Shown here: positions 14,916-28,103 of the stretch, piece after piece
Layout: the number at the start of each line of letters is the position of its first letter
Numbering within the stretch: position 1 is the stretch's first letter
Notes under the pieces: model-generated
Databases searched by the model: none
What the model was told of the DNA's origin: nothing
What the model saw: only the letters and a program-made list of their open reading frames with translations
Program-made: the position numbers and the translations under genes
From: Eledone cirrhosa
Taxonomy: Eukaryota
Reading direction: 5' to 3'
Length of the DNA stretch: 64,000 nucleotides
NCBI GenBank assembly: GCA_964016885.1
Contig: OZ024740.1
Span: 156,550,001-156,614,000 of the forward strand

Positions 14916-15092
14916 TAATATTAATGTGAGAAAGCAAAAAAAGCTTTCGGTGTAACCAAATATTATTGAGCTGATTAGACATCCTTTTGCATGAATCAAA
15001 TCAGCAATCTCCTTATTAAGGACTTTAAAGAAAGGTGTGAACGCTAGCCAATACTAGCAACAAAGGGACAACCAACAAGAAAGTCTTTATTT

Positions 15093-15479
15093 CAGACATG
15101 GGCAACCTGCGGTCCGCGAAGCTTTCTGAATGGCTCGCCTCAGTCACCTAAGTGAAATATTTCTAATTTTTTACCCCAACTTTTGAGTCTTAATTTATCT
15201 TTCTATCAGAGAGTATTGAAGTTTGCTTGAAGCATTGTGGAACAATAAGTAAATATCTTTAAGTCGTTTGGTAGCCTCGACAATGCAAATGGGTAAATCT
15301 CCGGTAAATTTATGATCGGGGAAACAACGTGTACGAATTCTGAAGAAACAAATTAAAACAACCTGAGTTACCGCCCTTTTCTTTAATGTGGGCAAGAATG
15401 TAAATTAGCGCTTGCAGCCCGCCTGATGATGAGCCACATCTCATGCGGCCCGCTTCTCGAAAAAGGTTGCCCATGCCTG
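15093..15479. mobile_element. hAT (Charlie-like) MITE
   Basis: TIR cagacatgggcaacct / aggttgcccatgcctg; 8-bp TSD ctttattt / ctctattt. Confidence 0.85.
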
Positions 15480-16127
15480 CTCTATTTGGTTACTTGCGTT
15501 ACTAAAAGTAGCAGCTAAATATCACTCAAATGACATTTTACTATATTAGAAAAGGATATGTTGGGTAATGTGGCTCATATTTGGTACAGGAAGGTAACTG
15601 CCGGAACGCCTTTGATCATATATCTACGCGATAAATGTTCATATGTGGCCAAAAAACGACATCAACAATGCATAGCGTTCTTTGATCAACTAGTAATTAA
15701 TGTCAAATATCCTAAACTCACACCCCAGCGTCTTGTATCATGGATGGACATATTGGGTTCTCTATAAATGGAGCGTCTTCAATCATAGTTTCGCTCCATC
15801 CGAACTGATGTGAAACTAACAAGCACGTACCTTAATCTGTAAAGACGAATGCTTTGTTTATGCAAGAAATAAATACGTATTTAGCTTGCGCTGTCGAGCG
15901 TCGTAAAGCACATTGTAAAAAACCTGGCAAATGGAGAATGGGATGTGGTATCGATTCCTACTTAGATCGCAATTAAACTTTAGTTTCTCATTCTTCTAAA
16001 ATTGCAATATATTTATGTTTTATTTAAAAGAAACATTTCTTGCCATGATTAGCTTGAGTTCATATCAGCTCGATCTACGATGATATAAATCTGTAGACAT
16101 ATATTGTGCATCAGTAAAGAACAATTA

Positions 16128-16787
16128 TCTATATATATAAAGCTGTGATTGTCTGTCTGTCTATCGATTTTTGGCACACATCTCCTCTTAGAATCTCTGA
16201 CGGAATTGCACCGAAATTGCTATACTTGTACATTGAGCCCTAGCGAAGACACCGGAAAAAAAATATTTCAAATTGACCCACCCTATGTGACGAAATCGAA
16301 TCTAATGTATCGATTTTTGAGCGTAAGTGACGAGTTATTTCCCTTTGTTCTGTTTACATTGAGCGTCTTACGTTCTGTTTACATTTTCTGCGTGCAAAAA
16401 TTAAAAAAATTACGCTGGCTTTCTCAGCGTTTAAAATGACATTAACACAATACACGAACAGTTGTCGAGCCAGCAAAATTTTGACCTGCAAAATTCATCA
16501 GTTCGAACACTAAACTTCCGTTTTGCTTCATTTCCATTTAAAAGCCTTTTAAAACAATATTTTTACTTGAAAACAAGTCTATTTAAAGACTACGTAAAAC
16601 AAGCAAATATTTCGTAAAAAAAAGCAAAAATTATATAAGTTTATTTAAAATATATGTATCTGTAAATTTCGTTAGGCGTGCAGACAGACAGTCGTGCAGA
16701 CAGACTTTAAGCCAAAAAAGAAACTTAACATTGTAACTTTAACACAGCTACTGAGCGACCCCGAGCAACGCCGGGCTTTACTGCTAG
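16128..16787 (+). mobile_element. Non-autonomous Helitron
   Basis: 5' A|TC, subterminal hairpin cccgagcaacgccggg, 3' CTAG|T, no TSD. Confidence 0.75.
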
Positions 16788-17465
16788 TAAGTAATAAAAG
16801 TACATTTGCACCATAAAGTTATAGGGAAGAATGCATAATTGATTGCCTCAATCTGAAAACGTACCTGGCACGTATTTTATGCCTCTAAACGTTGACCTCG
16901 TCTGAATTTGAACTCAAAGAGAATAGGACAAAATTATATATTGTTCTGTATTGAATTCAACGATATGCTCTTTATTGTCACACCACCCACGTAGTAAAAG
17001 AATCAGATAATACAGAAAATAAAGGAAGAAATATAAGACTTAAATATTTTCATTTTCTAATAACAACGGGTTCCAAAACACATTGTCCATAATAGTTTAC
17101 TTTCCCTTCTCTTTATCTGACTCTGGACTAGACATTCACTGCTGCTGAGCAACAAACGTTTACAGCATAGCAACATTTTCTAGCTATCTCTGTTCCAGGG
17201 AACAAAAGAAAGTCTATTGCAGTTATATTTAATGAAATTTATATTTAAAACGCACCATTAATATTCCTAAGACTGAAATCTACATTACGAGTTATATACA
17301 TCGTTGAATGTTTAGTGAATATCTTAGGACATGTGATAAGATTTCAATAGAACCTGACAGCAACAAGGTTTGGAGGGTCATTTGAAGTAGCTTCGAATGC
17401 TTTTCTATAATCTTATAGAAGAACGAATATCACTAATGATTTTGTTTTAATATATCCACTTACCA

Positions 17466-17682
17466 GGGCCGTGGATTGACAGTATCTGTAGAGGGTCGGA
17501 TGCCATGCTTTATAACATAGAGTTACGGCCCTTTGTGATCTGAGTTCAAATCACGCCGAAGTTAACTTTGCCTTTCATCCTTATGAGGTCGATAAAATAA
17601 TGTACCAGGCACGCACTGGAGTCTATTTAATCGACTTTCCCCTCGCCCAAATTGCTGACCTTGTGCCTATATAAGAAACCAA
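17466..17682 (+). mobile_element. tRNA-derived SINE (same family as 14498)
   Basis: A/B boxes and conserved core. Confidence 0.8.
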
Positions 17683-17929
17683 TATATTTACTTACCTCTT
17701 TCTCTCACTCCCCATCTATTCCTTCCCTCTCTATCTCTCTACACAGCTATCCTCCTATTCACCCCCCCCCCATCACTCTCCATTTCTCTTTCTTTCTATC
17801 CCTCTACACATCTATCAACCACCCCCATACTCTCCCTAATTATTATTTTCTGCTTCTATTTCCAACACCTCAGTTAAAATTCTCCCCTCAGCCTTCCACT
17901 CCGATGATTAAAGTTCTTCCCAGGGAGAT

Positions 17930-18121
17930 TTAGTGTGACACAGAATGTGACAAGGCTGGTCAGTCGAATTACTGGTACAACTCATTTTTGCCAGCAGAGT
18001 GGACTGAATTAACGTGAAATAAAGTGTCCTGTTTAAGGACACAACGCACCACATGGTCCAGAAATTGAACCTACGACATTATGACCTTAAGTCCAACAGC
18101 CTAACTACAAAGCCACGCGAC

Positions 18122-18122
<1 letters not shown>
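17930..18122 (-). mobile_element. Second tRNA-derived SINE family
   Basis: Minus-strand tRNA-like head (gtggctttgtagttagg...ggttcaatt) followed by a gttgtgtcctt...ggacacttt core-type segment. Confidence 0.6.
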
Positions 18123-18183
<61 letters not shown>

Positions 18184-18582
18184 AAGATTTGAATGGATAC
18201 AGTTTAGTTGAAAGGAATTTATTGACACGTGTTTCTATAACAGTTACATAACCTGAAAACAGCTGCTATCTACAAAGTATTAGTTATGCAGACATTCAAT
18301 ATTTCAATGTTATTATTTACTGTCATTTCATTACTGTATCCATTCAAATCTTTCTATTTTTCTCCGGATTACTTTTGGAACTACAACTGGAACCGTCGAG
18401 CAAACTCTACGTGAGCTGTCAATCTACTGTGTGTAATATTTATATTACAACACAACGGAAAATACTGTGTATATATATATATATATATATATAAATATAT
18501 AAATTGATGAGCAGAACAAACAAACATTAAACAATCCTTTAAATAAATTAAAAAATGATTTAAAAATCTACCTGTTCATAAT

Positions 18583-18662
18583 GTTATTACCGGCGGTTTC
18601 CATTTACAAAAGATTAGAAATTCAGAGAATTTCCAACGGAAAGTAAATTTCATCAGATAGCT
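18583..18662 (-). ncRNA. Type I hammerhead ribozyme within a (TA)n-flanked inverted PLE-type terminal fragment (18490-19215)
   Basis: gctat-CTGATGA-aatttac...gtaaatg-GAAAC-cgccg-GTA-ataac (atagc in the inverted copy at about 19022). Confidence 0.65.
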
Positions 18663-19211
18663 ATTTTCATTCTATAGGACTTAAGTCCCACGGTCTGCAA
18701 ATATAATGCCAACTACCAGCTCGTATGAGTTATGGCCGTTAAAGTGACCCACACGTGAACCGGCCGCTAGTGAAAGCGGGAATATTACAGACATGTTGAT
18801 GGTTTTGCTGCTAAAAAAATAGCAGTAAGCAACAACGAATTTTTTCTCTACATAGATTGGAGAATATATAAAAATGAGGTAAATATCTCACTGAGTACTA
18901 AGTACCCATAGAGATATATAGGGTGTCTATAATATAATTGTTGTTCTATGGTACTAATTCGAGATACCAGAACTATAAATTCTCTGAATTTCTAATCTTT
19001 TGTAAATGGAAACCGCCGGTAATAGCATTATGAACAGGTAGATTTTAAAATCATTTTTTAATTTATTTAAAGGATTGTTTAATGTTTGTTTGTTCTGCTC
19101 ATCAATTTTTATAGTTCTGGTATCTCGAATTAGTACCATAGAACAACAATTATATTATAGACACCCTACATATCTCTATGGGTACTTAGTACACAGTGAG
19201 ATATTTAACTC

Positions 19212-19250
<39 letters not shown>

Positions 19251-19255
<5 letters not shown>

Positions 19256-20113
19256 GGAGGCTTAGTAAAATCGAATCTTTGGCGGTGTGCAAGCAAATTT
19301 GACCTACGATATGAATGAGTTAGCAAAGCACTCGACAAGGTAGGTCCTTAGAGTAATAACATACGTTTAAATAGCTTGACAAAATGAACATTGTGGTAGG
19401 CAAAATCCAACACACAATACCAAAGTAACGAAAGAACTAACAGGTTAAAAAAATACACCTGTGCAAATCAAATATTATACGTTTAAAGTGTTTCTATGAA
19501 TCAGAAATCAAATATCAGACTTACGTACCTGGCAAGCTCATGGTATTCATGATCGAACAGAGGATTCATTTTATCAACAGGAATTTCGTTCTACCAAAGA
19601 ACGGGGCGAAAAGCTGAATGGTGCCGCTAACACCAGCGAATTCGAACATTCAGTTGTCACGTGTTATTTCCAACAAGGGAACTAACCCCCGGTTTTTTTG
19701 GCGGGTTATTCAAAATGTCAGACAAAGGAAATATTATAATTTCCTCTAACTTTCAGAATAAGCTCTCAGCCAGATGTTATTAAACAAACATAAATAATTA
19801 ACCAATCAACAGAATTATCTAATTAAATTAATTAGTTAATTATTAAATCTATGAGAAAATAATATAATTGGAGGTTTAGTAAAATCGAATCTTTGGCGGT
19901 GTGCAAGCAAATTCGACCTACGATATGAATGAGTTAGCAAAGCACTCGACAAGGTAGGTCCCCAGAGTAATAACATACGTTTAGATAGCTTGGCAAATTG
20001 AACATTGTGGTAGGCAAAATCTAACACACAATACCAAAGTAACGAAGGAACTAACAGGTTGAAAAAATACACCTGGACAAATAAAACATTATACGTTTAA
20101 AGTGTTTCTATGA
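19251..20113 (-). repeat. Non-coding insertion with about 250-bp direct repeats (19251-19500, 19866-20113) between (TA)n tracts; resembles a PLE terminal repeat
   Basis: Diverged direct duplication; carries a GAAAC...GTA half-hammerhead and the bulged hairpin. Confidence 0.6.
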
Positions 20114-20192
20114 ATATATATATATAAATATATATATATATAAAAATATATATATATATAACCTAAATTATATATATATATATATATATGTA

Positions 20193-20282
<90 letters not shown>

Positions 20283-21289
20283 TACAAACAGACATGACAT
20301 GTTTTAAAGTTTGATGATTAGTTTGTCCTGTATATTTAATCCTTTTAAAGGAGGTACTGTGGCTCCACATATGTCATAAAGATATTTTAAAACATTTCCT
20401 GTCTTTTCGTGCTAAAACTGAACCCTTACACAATTTTGCCATTACTTTCCCCAATACGAGATATAAATCTGTTAATGACAAATAATTTTCTTCCCAAGTT
20501 TTTTTCCTTGTTAAAAAAAATAATTTTGGAAGTAAATTCATATCTCAAAGGTAATATATTAATGCAGCATTTGTGTCACTGACACTTAATTTTTTCATCG
20601 TTTACAGGATGACATGTTACAAATCTATTTATAATACTTCGAGTGTTTTTCCCAGAAGCATGATCTTGACTGCTAAGATAATTTGCCTCTCATTTTTCAA
20701 GCTGTTGGAAATAGAATATACATTTGTAATAGAATAAAGTCCATGAGACTAGCACGGTAACCACTGATTTAGTAAATGGCTTTAAGAACTCATTATTCAA
20801 ATCCCATCGAGGTAACTTTGCCTTTCATCCTTACGGGGTCGATATAATAAAGTTACAGTAATGCACTGGGTAATTGCTGGCTTCGTGCCAAAAGTAGAAA
20901 CAATTATTAATGATATTGAGGAATCTATGTATTTGCTCTTTAAAATTTCATCTTATGTGTTTTTACTGAGTTGGCCAAGAAGTCCTTGTTTCTATGGCTA
21001 TGGCATGCTCTCACAGACCAGCCAAACTGATTTATTTTCCTCTTGAATACTTGTAAGTCAATACCAGTAACAGCAGCAGTAACAGCAGCAGCAGCAACAG
21101 CAACAGCAGCAAAAAGCAAACAAACAAACAAACATGAGTAGTAGGATAATCTTAGATACCAGAGGCGGTCGAACTGGGGTGGGGGGAATTGTCCCCCCTT
21201 CCGAAATGATTATATATTTTCTCCCCAAACTACCAAAAGAAATAGCTATTTGTATATGTACTACAATTTATGTACATGTCGTCTAGAGA

Positions 21290-21490
21290 CGGATGGGAGA
21301 GATAGATATAAATATAGAGAGGGAGAGAGTTTGGTGGTAATTGATATAGAGAGGAAGGTTGGGAGAGTGTGTTGTATGTTAGATATAGAGAGGGGGAGAG
21401 TTTGGTGGTAATTGATATAGAGAGGAAGGCTGGGAGAGTGTGTTGTATGTTAGATATAGAAAGGGGGAAAGTTTGGTGGTAATTGATATA
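21290..21490. repeat. Purine-rich minisatellite (about 66-bp unit), left of the Tx1 insertion
   Basis: gatatagagagggggagagtttggtggtaattgatatagagaggaagg units; resumes at 26330-26990. Confidence 0.85.
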
Positions 21491-21491
21491 A

Positions 21492-24400
21492 ATTTCTATT
21501 TATTTGCCACCAGGGCATCAAAGATTGGGACAAATACAAAGGGGGGAGTTTACATACATTTAAAAAGACGTGTAAGAAACATATAACAAATTAAATTTAA
21601 CAATCGATATCCTCAGTAGGGAGGGGGCGTTGACGTGGGTCGCCCCCCCCCCCCAAAAAAAAATGTGCAACCCTCCTCTTCAGGAGCACAAAGAGCGGGT
21701 GCTCCCTTCCTCTCCTCCTTCTCCTCTCTCACCTACAGGCTGATATAGAGAGAAGGCCCATTCACTCGGGCCATTCTTGCCACTTTCACCCACCTTTCAT
21801 AAAACTTGCTGGGGTAGAGCACCTCTCTCTCCATTCTGATCCTTCTTCTAAAGTGGTACTTGAAAAAAAGGACCAGTTGTTGGCCGGAGAGAAAGGTGTC
21901 TGACCTCAGCCCTTTCAACCTCGTCCACCATACAACCTCTTTCGCCATAGCTATCACACAGAGGAAAACCACCTCTCCTTCGTTTTTGAAAGAGGAAGGT
22001 GGTTTGATCGTGACAATGTACTCGGTGGTCAACCGGATTGGTCCCACCCTCGACAGTAGTCGTTCCACTTAGCCCCACAGGTCAGCAACGCCCGGGCAGT
22101 GTACGAATGCGTGTGCGACGGTTTCCTCGTCACGCACACATCTCGGACAGATTTCTTCGAGGGATCCCTACCCGGGCGCCCGTGTCTGTAGAGCTTGTCC
22201 CGAACGGGTAGAGCTCCTCGATAGCATTGCCAAGCCAGGGACTTTTGGAAGTTGTCCATCTGTCCCGGGCCAAACGTCCTACCGAACAGACTGGCTAGCT
22301 CGTCTTCGTCCATGCCCAGAGCCTCTCCGAGAGCGTCGTCGCACTTACTGCGCACCAACCCTCTATAGAATGTTGAGGTTGAGTCTCCACTGATTGCCGG
22401 ATCCGCTTGCCAGAGGGCCGTGAGCGCCTGGGCACATTCAATGTGCCAGTCGCCCACTTTTCTCGGTCTTTGCTTGACCCAGGATTGCAGCTCAGTGAGT
22501 GAGACGAGTCTCGGAAAGACCCGCCTCACAAACAGGGCCCACACCGACTGACCGGTGAGGAATACCTGGAGGTGCCGTAGCCTTAATGCGTGTTTACGCA
22601 TCGTCAGCCACGGTACCCCCAGCCCTCCGTTCGAAGGGTGTTGACAGCAGATGGATCTTCTCACCAAAGGAGCCCGCTTCTTCCAAGGGATAGTTTGCAC
22701 TCGGCCCACTTCTGGGCTAACACCTTCGCTAACACCTTCGCCAAAATCTTTAACTCTGTGTTTAGCAGAGTTATGGGCCTGAAGTTATCTATGTCATCCC
22801 CCTTGTTCTCGTCCTTCCTCACCAGCGTGACTACGCCCTTAGTCACAGAACTGGGAATTCTCCCGTTCTGTTGCCAGTTGCAGTAGACCGCCTCTAGGAG
22901 ACCGGAGAACAAGTCCGGCATCGCTACATAAAGTTCGAGACCGGGAGATTTGCGTTTGCCGCATTGGCTCATCGCTTCCCCTATTTCAGCAGCTGAAATC
23001 GGCCTTTCGTAGGACTTCGCCTCCCCGTCCGAGAGCCGCGCCAGACCGTCGAGGTATGGACCGAAATCCATGGCCTCATCCGGCCCGCCGCCTCTCCCGA
23101 ACAGTCGTGCAAAGCGCCGTTGAAAGGCCGCGCTCATCCACTCAGGTTCAAGGATCACGCGTCCATCCTGGTCCTTCAAAGACCGAATCATGGACTTGTT
23201 TTCACTTTTTGTCTCTGTCACTCGGGCCCAGCTAACAGCTTTGGCTCCCTCGTTACCCAGAGCACGTATTTTACTCCTGACAACGCAGCCCTCGTGCTTC
23301 GCGTCAAAGAACTGATCTAGGGCTGTTCTTGACGCCAGCACGCCGGCCACGTTGCCACACCTAATCGCCTCTTCTACTCTATCTATTAATTCCCTTTCAG
23401 TTCTATTCCTATCTGATGCTAATTCCTGACTAAAACCTATCGATTCTATTCTAATTTCTTTCTTGAAGAGTGCCCCACCACCTGCTGTTGACAATTGCCC
23501 CCGTCAACCGTTGCTTAACTAGAGTGCTAATCCGCTTACTGTAAGCTTTGTTTGCCGGTAAAGACAAGTTTAGCTTCCAGTAACTGGGTCCTTGTCTATG
23601 GGTTCTATCAAGGTTGACCACTCCGGTCACCAACTTGTGATCTGAATAGTCAACCATGAACATTCGTGGACAGCTTAATATGTCCCTATCCTTATTTCTA
23701 ACTAGAACCGTATCTAGGTACGACCTAGATGTTCCGCTGAGATTAGTTCACGTCCACAGTGGCACAGTCGGAAAATCTAGTCGATATCTATCGGCCAGAT
23801 CAAATCGGCCGATTAATCGTTTGAGGTTGTTACACTCCCCCTCTATCGGGACATGCCCCTACATAGTCCCAACGTGCATCCAGGATACCATTCCAGCCCC
23901 CCACTAAAAACAAGGAGCGAGACATTCCCAGGAAAGTCTCTAGGCGTCGGAAGAAGTCCGGTCGCGGTGTCTCAGATGGGGCATACGCTGCCACCAGCCT
24001 GAAGGCTCCACCTTCACTACTGCCGACATCTAGAACCACCAGTCGACCCTCCGGGTCCTGGTGTACCTTCTGTGTGGTAAGATCCAGGTGTTTTCGCAGC
24101 AGAACGACAACCCCACCCCCACCCCTCGGCTGACAGAGAGATGCGTAGATCTCAAAGTCGTCGAAGATGGGGGCCAGTTGGCGCTCGTTGCTGACCTGGA
24201 CCCGCAAATAGCCATTACATCCACTCTGTGCGACCTGAGGTCATTTAAGAGTTTGCCCTGTTCCTAGGACATCCCCAGGCCGCGCGCATTCGCACATCCA
24301 ACTCTTATATTGGCCATGTTGGTGCTGAAGAGTTAAAAGGAAGAGGAAAGGAAATTACTTACCTCTTCGTCTCCTGGCGACCAGGCTGCACAATTTCCAT

Positions 24401-26326
24401 GGGGGTGTTGGAAGGGTTGTTTGGTGGGGTGGTGGTTTGTGGTGGGGTGAGGACATCAGTGTGTGGTGGGGTTGGGGTGTTTGGTGGGGTGTGGGTGTCT
24501 GGTGTGGGTGTGGGGAAACATCTCAATAGGACGCGGTTAAGAGGTTTGGTGCAGGTGGGCCCCACATCCATTGGATGGTTCTTTTTCAGAGTTACATAGG
24601 TTTCCGTTGGGACCCTAATCATCATTAGGTGCGGTTTGCCCGCTGCGTCGATGAAAGTGATCCCTTCGGTTTTCCTCCGAAGGGTTATTGTCTATTGCTT
24701 TCATCAAAGTTTTATTGTTCTTCTTAATGTATGTATAGTGTTTTTGTTGTGTTTGTTTTTGTTTGTTGTTCTTATGCGTGTTTGCGTTTTGTAGTATGTG
24801 TTATGTTTTCGGGAGAGGTGGGTTTTTTTGTTTGTTCTGTTTGTTCTGTTTGTTCTGTTTGTGCTGGTGGTTGTGTGTTTGTTGCATTTTTGTTAATGTG
24901 GTGTCTTTTTTTCCGTTTCACCTGTTGGAAGGGTTCTCCCTCGTCATCACTGGGTGACGTTGATACGGAGTCCTCTTCCGTGTTGTTGGGGAGAGGTATA
25001 TTTTGGAGTTTGTTGTGGTTGCTTTTGTATTTGTTTTAGGTGGGGAGGGGTTGGGTGGGACAGTGTCTTGTGTTGTTATTTTTTCGTGTTGTTGTGGTTG
25101 TTGTTGTTGTTGTGGTGGTGGTGGTGGTTGTGTTGTTGTGTTCGGGGTTGGCAGAAGTACCCTTTTTTTACTCGTTAATTGAGGACAGGCAGCCCTCAGG
25201 TGACCCCTGCATTGGTCACCTATCCTCCACTGAAATGTTTATATAGGTTAGCCCGTCTAGAGGGACGCGTTGTGGGATATTCGCTATTCGTTCTGGGTTC
25301 ATTTGCATCAGAACTTCTACGCTAGTGCCACCAAATACACCTCCGGAGGACTTTCTTACCGAGATTATCCTGTCTTCATCAAAATCAATAAATCCACATA
25401 GTATCCACCAAATATTTACATTTGGTGTGATACTCATAATTTTTATTGTTTGTGTCCTTTTTCCCCTGTATATGGGGAAAAAGGTGAAACGGGGGGATAC
25501 AATGGGTGATAAAGAGTATTTTTGTGCTGTTGGCTGGTTATTCGTTAGCACCGAAATGCTACCGAACAGTTTTCCTTTTTGGATGAAGGTTATGTCCTTC
25601 ATTGTATCTTTTAGAACCAGCTCAATTTCATTTTGTGATAATTGAGCTGGTTTTCTGATTTCAGTAGACATTTGTCCTGAAAACCACAGTTTTCAGGACA
25701 GCCTCTCTACGTAATACCTATGGAGAATTGATGCCAAAAGTGATGTATTGTTTTGCGTCTTGTAGTAGTTGTATTGCATTAGTTATGTCAATTGGCGTGT
25801 ATAGTTCGTTTTTTTTACAGTTTGTGCGAACGTTGTTTTGGTGTTGTTGTCTTTGTTGTTGTTGTTGTTGTTGTTGTCACTGTTGTTGATATTGTTCATG
25901 TTTTCCTTGGTGTTGTTATTGTTGCAGTTGTTGGTTGTAGTGTTATTGTCATTGTTCTTGTTGTTGGTGCTGGTATTATTTACCGGGTTTGGTTCCGTGG
26001 TTTCAATATTTTCAACGTTTTTCGATAAGGTGAGGGAGGGAGGCTGCAAGCTTTGTACTCCTACCTTCCTTTCACCACTTTTCTTAGTGGACGTAGCACT
26101 CACTACAGTGTTCGAGGTTGAAATGGCATCCATTGTTGACTACCAAGTCTACACAGTTTTGAGATGAAAATTTCGCCCCCAAAAGGGGCGAAAATTAGTT
26201 GACTCAACGTCTGAAGGCCCAGACAAGGGGTTAAACTAAACAATACTAACAAATTGAACAATGAACTCACATTTCTTTTAACAATAATCCGTAAGAACCC
26301 GGAGCGAAGTAATGCACGTCTATCGA
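21492..26326 (-). mobile_element. Near full-length Tx1/L1-clade LINE: ORF1 (about 26133-24360) and ORF2 (APE endonuclease from 24318, RT core deleted, zinc-binding C-terminus at 21733)
   Basis: MANIRVGCANARGL, AAYAPS, SRYLDTV, DYSDHKLV and YWKLN APE motifs; KSPG and NFRPITLLNTELKILAKVLA RT start; C-terminus homologous to 630-1546. Confidence 0.92.
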
Positions 26327-26329
26327 ATG

Positions 26330-26990
26330 GAAGAGAGTGCCGTGTAGTAGATATAGAGAGGCGGAAATTTTGGTGCTAATTGATATAGAGAGGGGGATTG
26401 GATGAGTGTTCTTGTAGTACATATAGAGAGGGGTAGAGTTTAGTGTTAATTAATATAGGGAGCGGTATTGGAAGAGAGTTTCGTGAAGTAGATATAGAGA
26501 GGGGTGGAGAGTTTAATGTTGATTGATATAGAGAGGGTGATTGGAAGAGAATTCTGTGTAGTAGATATAGAGAGGTGGAGAGTTTGATGTTAATTGATAT
26601 AGAGAGGGGGATTAGGAAAGAGTGTTTTATGGTTGATATAAAGAGTGGGATTAGGAAAGAGTGTTTTATGGTTGATATAGAGAGGGTGATAGTTTGATGG
26701 TAATGAATAGAGTTAGAGGATTGATAGAGGTAGATATTGATAGATATATAGAGAGCTAGTATTTGGTAGTAATGAATGTAGTGAGAGAGAATGAGGGAGA
26801 GTATTGTATGGTAGATATAGAGCGGTAGATAGTTTGGTGGTAATTGATATAGAGAGGGGGCTAGGAGAGTGTGGTATATTAGATATAGAGAGGGGAAAGA
26901 TTGATGTTTGTTGATATAGAGAGGCGGGTTGGGAAGAGTTCCGTCTAGTAGATACAGAGAGAGGTATAGTTTGGTTTTAATTGATATAAT
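26330..26990. repeat. Purine-rich minisatellite, right of the Tx1 insertion
   Basis: Same unit as 21290-21490. Confidence 0.85.
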
Positions 26991-27423
26991 AGGAGTGGCA
27001 ATAATGGGGGGGGGGGGCTTAGGAAATCAGTAATTTTATAGTGTACGTTCGTTCTTATATATGAGATTTCTTGTAATATTCTTCTTTTGTCATATAAAAT
27101 GTTTTTTTAATGTAAAATAAAATTATTATTAGATTCTCTAGCCGCTGCATCAATATGGATCACTTACAATAAAATTTCACCGGAGATAGATTAACAAAAT
27201 TTAATAAGTGGGAGCGATGTGTATGTGAAATATAAACCGGGAGTGGGGGAATCTGACAAATTAATAAGCGGGTGGTGGGGTTGATTATTCAAGACCTGAG
27301 AGTACGTGAATTATTGACGGACGTAAGAATGAAAACTCAATACCGAAGTAGAGTCTAAATATTCATTTATTATGGCTAAGCCTTGTTACTCTGGAGTCTC
27401 ACCTGCGTACTCACCAGGCAAGA

Positions 27424-27466
27424 CTGGTGATCCTGTGAGTGCGCAGGTGAAACTTTAGAGTAACAA
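27424..27466 (+). ncRNA. Degenerate hammerhead in a fold-back (27361-27494)
   Basis: CTGGTGA-tcctg..cagg-t-GAAAC-tttaga-GTA; core mutated, 5' strand of stem I missing. Confidence 0.45.
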
Positions 27467-27492
27467 AGCTCACCAATAGCCATAATAAATGA

Positions 27493-27521
<29 letters not shown>

Positions 27522-27529
<8 letters not shown>

Positions 27530-28070
27530 TAAACAAATAATGAATAAACAATGAAACAGTTCCTTATATTAAACAAAAAAAGTTAATTATTTAACGATCG
27601 TTTCTAGGATATATATGTGTTAGAATTGGCATGCATATTCAACAGATCTATGTACAAAATTATACAAAATTATACAAACTATCAAGATTAAATATACATA
27701 CCAACACATATATACGCCGTCTTCAGAAATAATGAAGACGGCGTATATATGTGTTGGTATGTATATTTAATCTTGATAGTTTGTATAATTTTGTATAATT
27801 TTGTACATAGATCTGTTGAATATGCATGCCAATTCTAACACATATATATCCTAGAAACGATCGTTAAATAATGAACTTTTTTTGTTTAATATAAGGAACT
27901 GTTTCATTGTTTATTCATTATTTGTTTAATATTTTATCTTGACTCTGTATACCGTTTATCTTTCACCGAAAGTGATTTTTCATTACATATCTTCTTTCCA
28001 TGATATCCGGAATACATTGAGTTCTTCATACGGATTGGACACTACCGTAAACTCTTGGTAGATTTATCTA
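27522..28070 (+). mobile_element. PLE terminal-repeat fragment with about 205-bp near-perfect fold-back (centre about 27729); complete hammerhead on the minus strand at 27586-27733
   Basis: Homologous to 32330-32650 and 54735-54923; attattt-CTGAAGA-long stem II-GAAAC-gatc-GTT-aaataat. Confidence 0.8.
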
Positions 28071-28071
28071 C

Positions 28072-28097
<26 letters not shown>

Positions 28098-28103
<6 letters not shown>

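Noticed and set aside
27522-27936. Fold-backs as pure sequencing chimeras
   Set aside because: Not excluded for this near-perfect one, but most other fold-backs have diverged arms and breakpoints tied to the ribozyme, so artefact is not the general explanation
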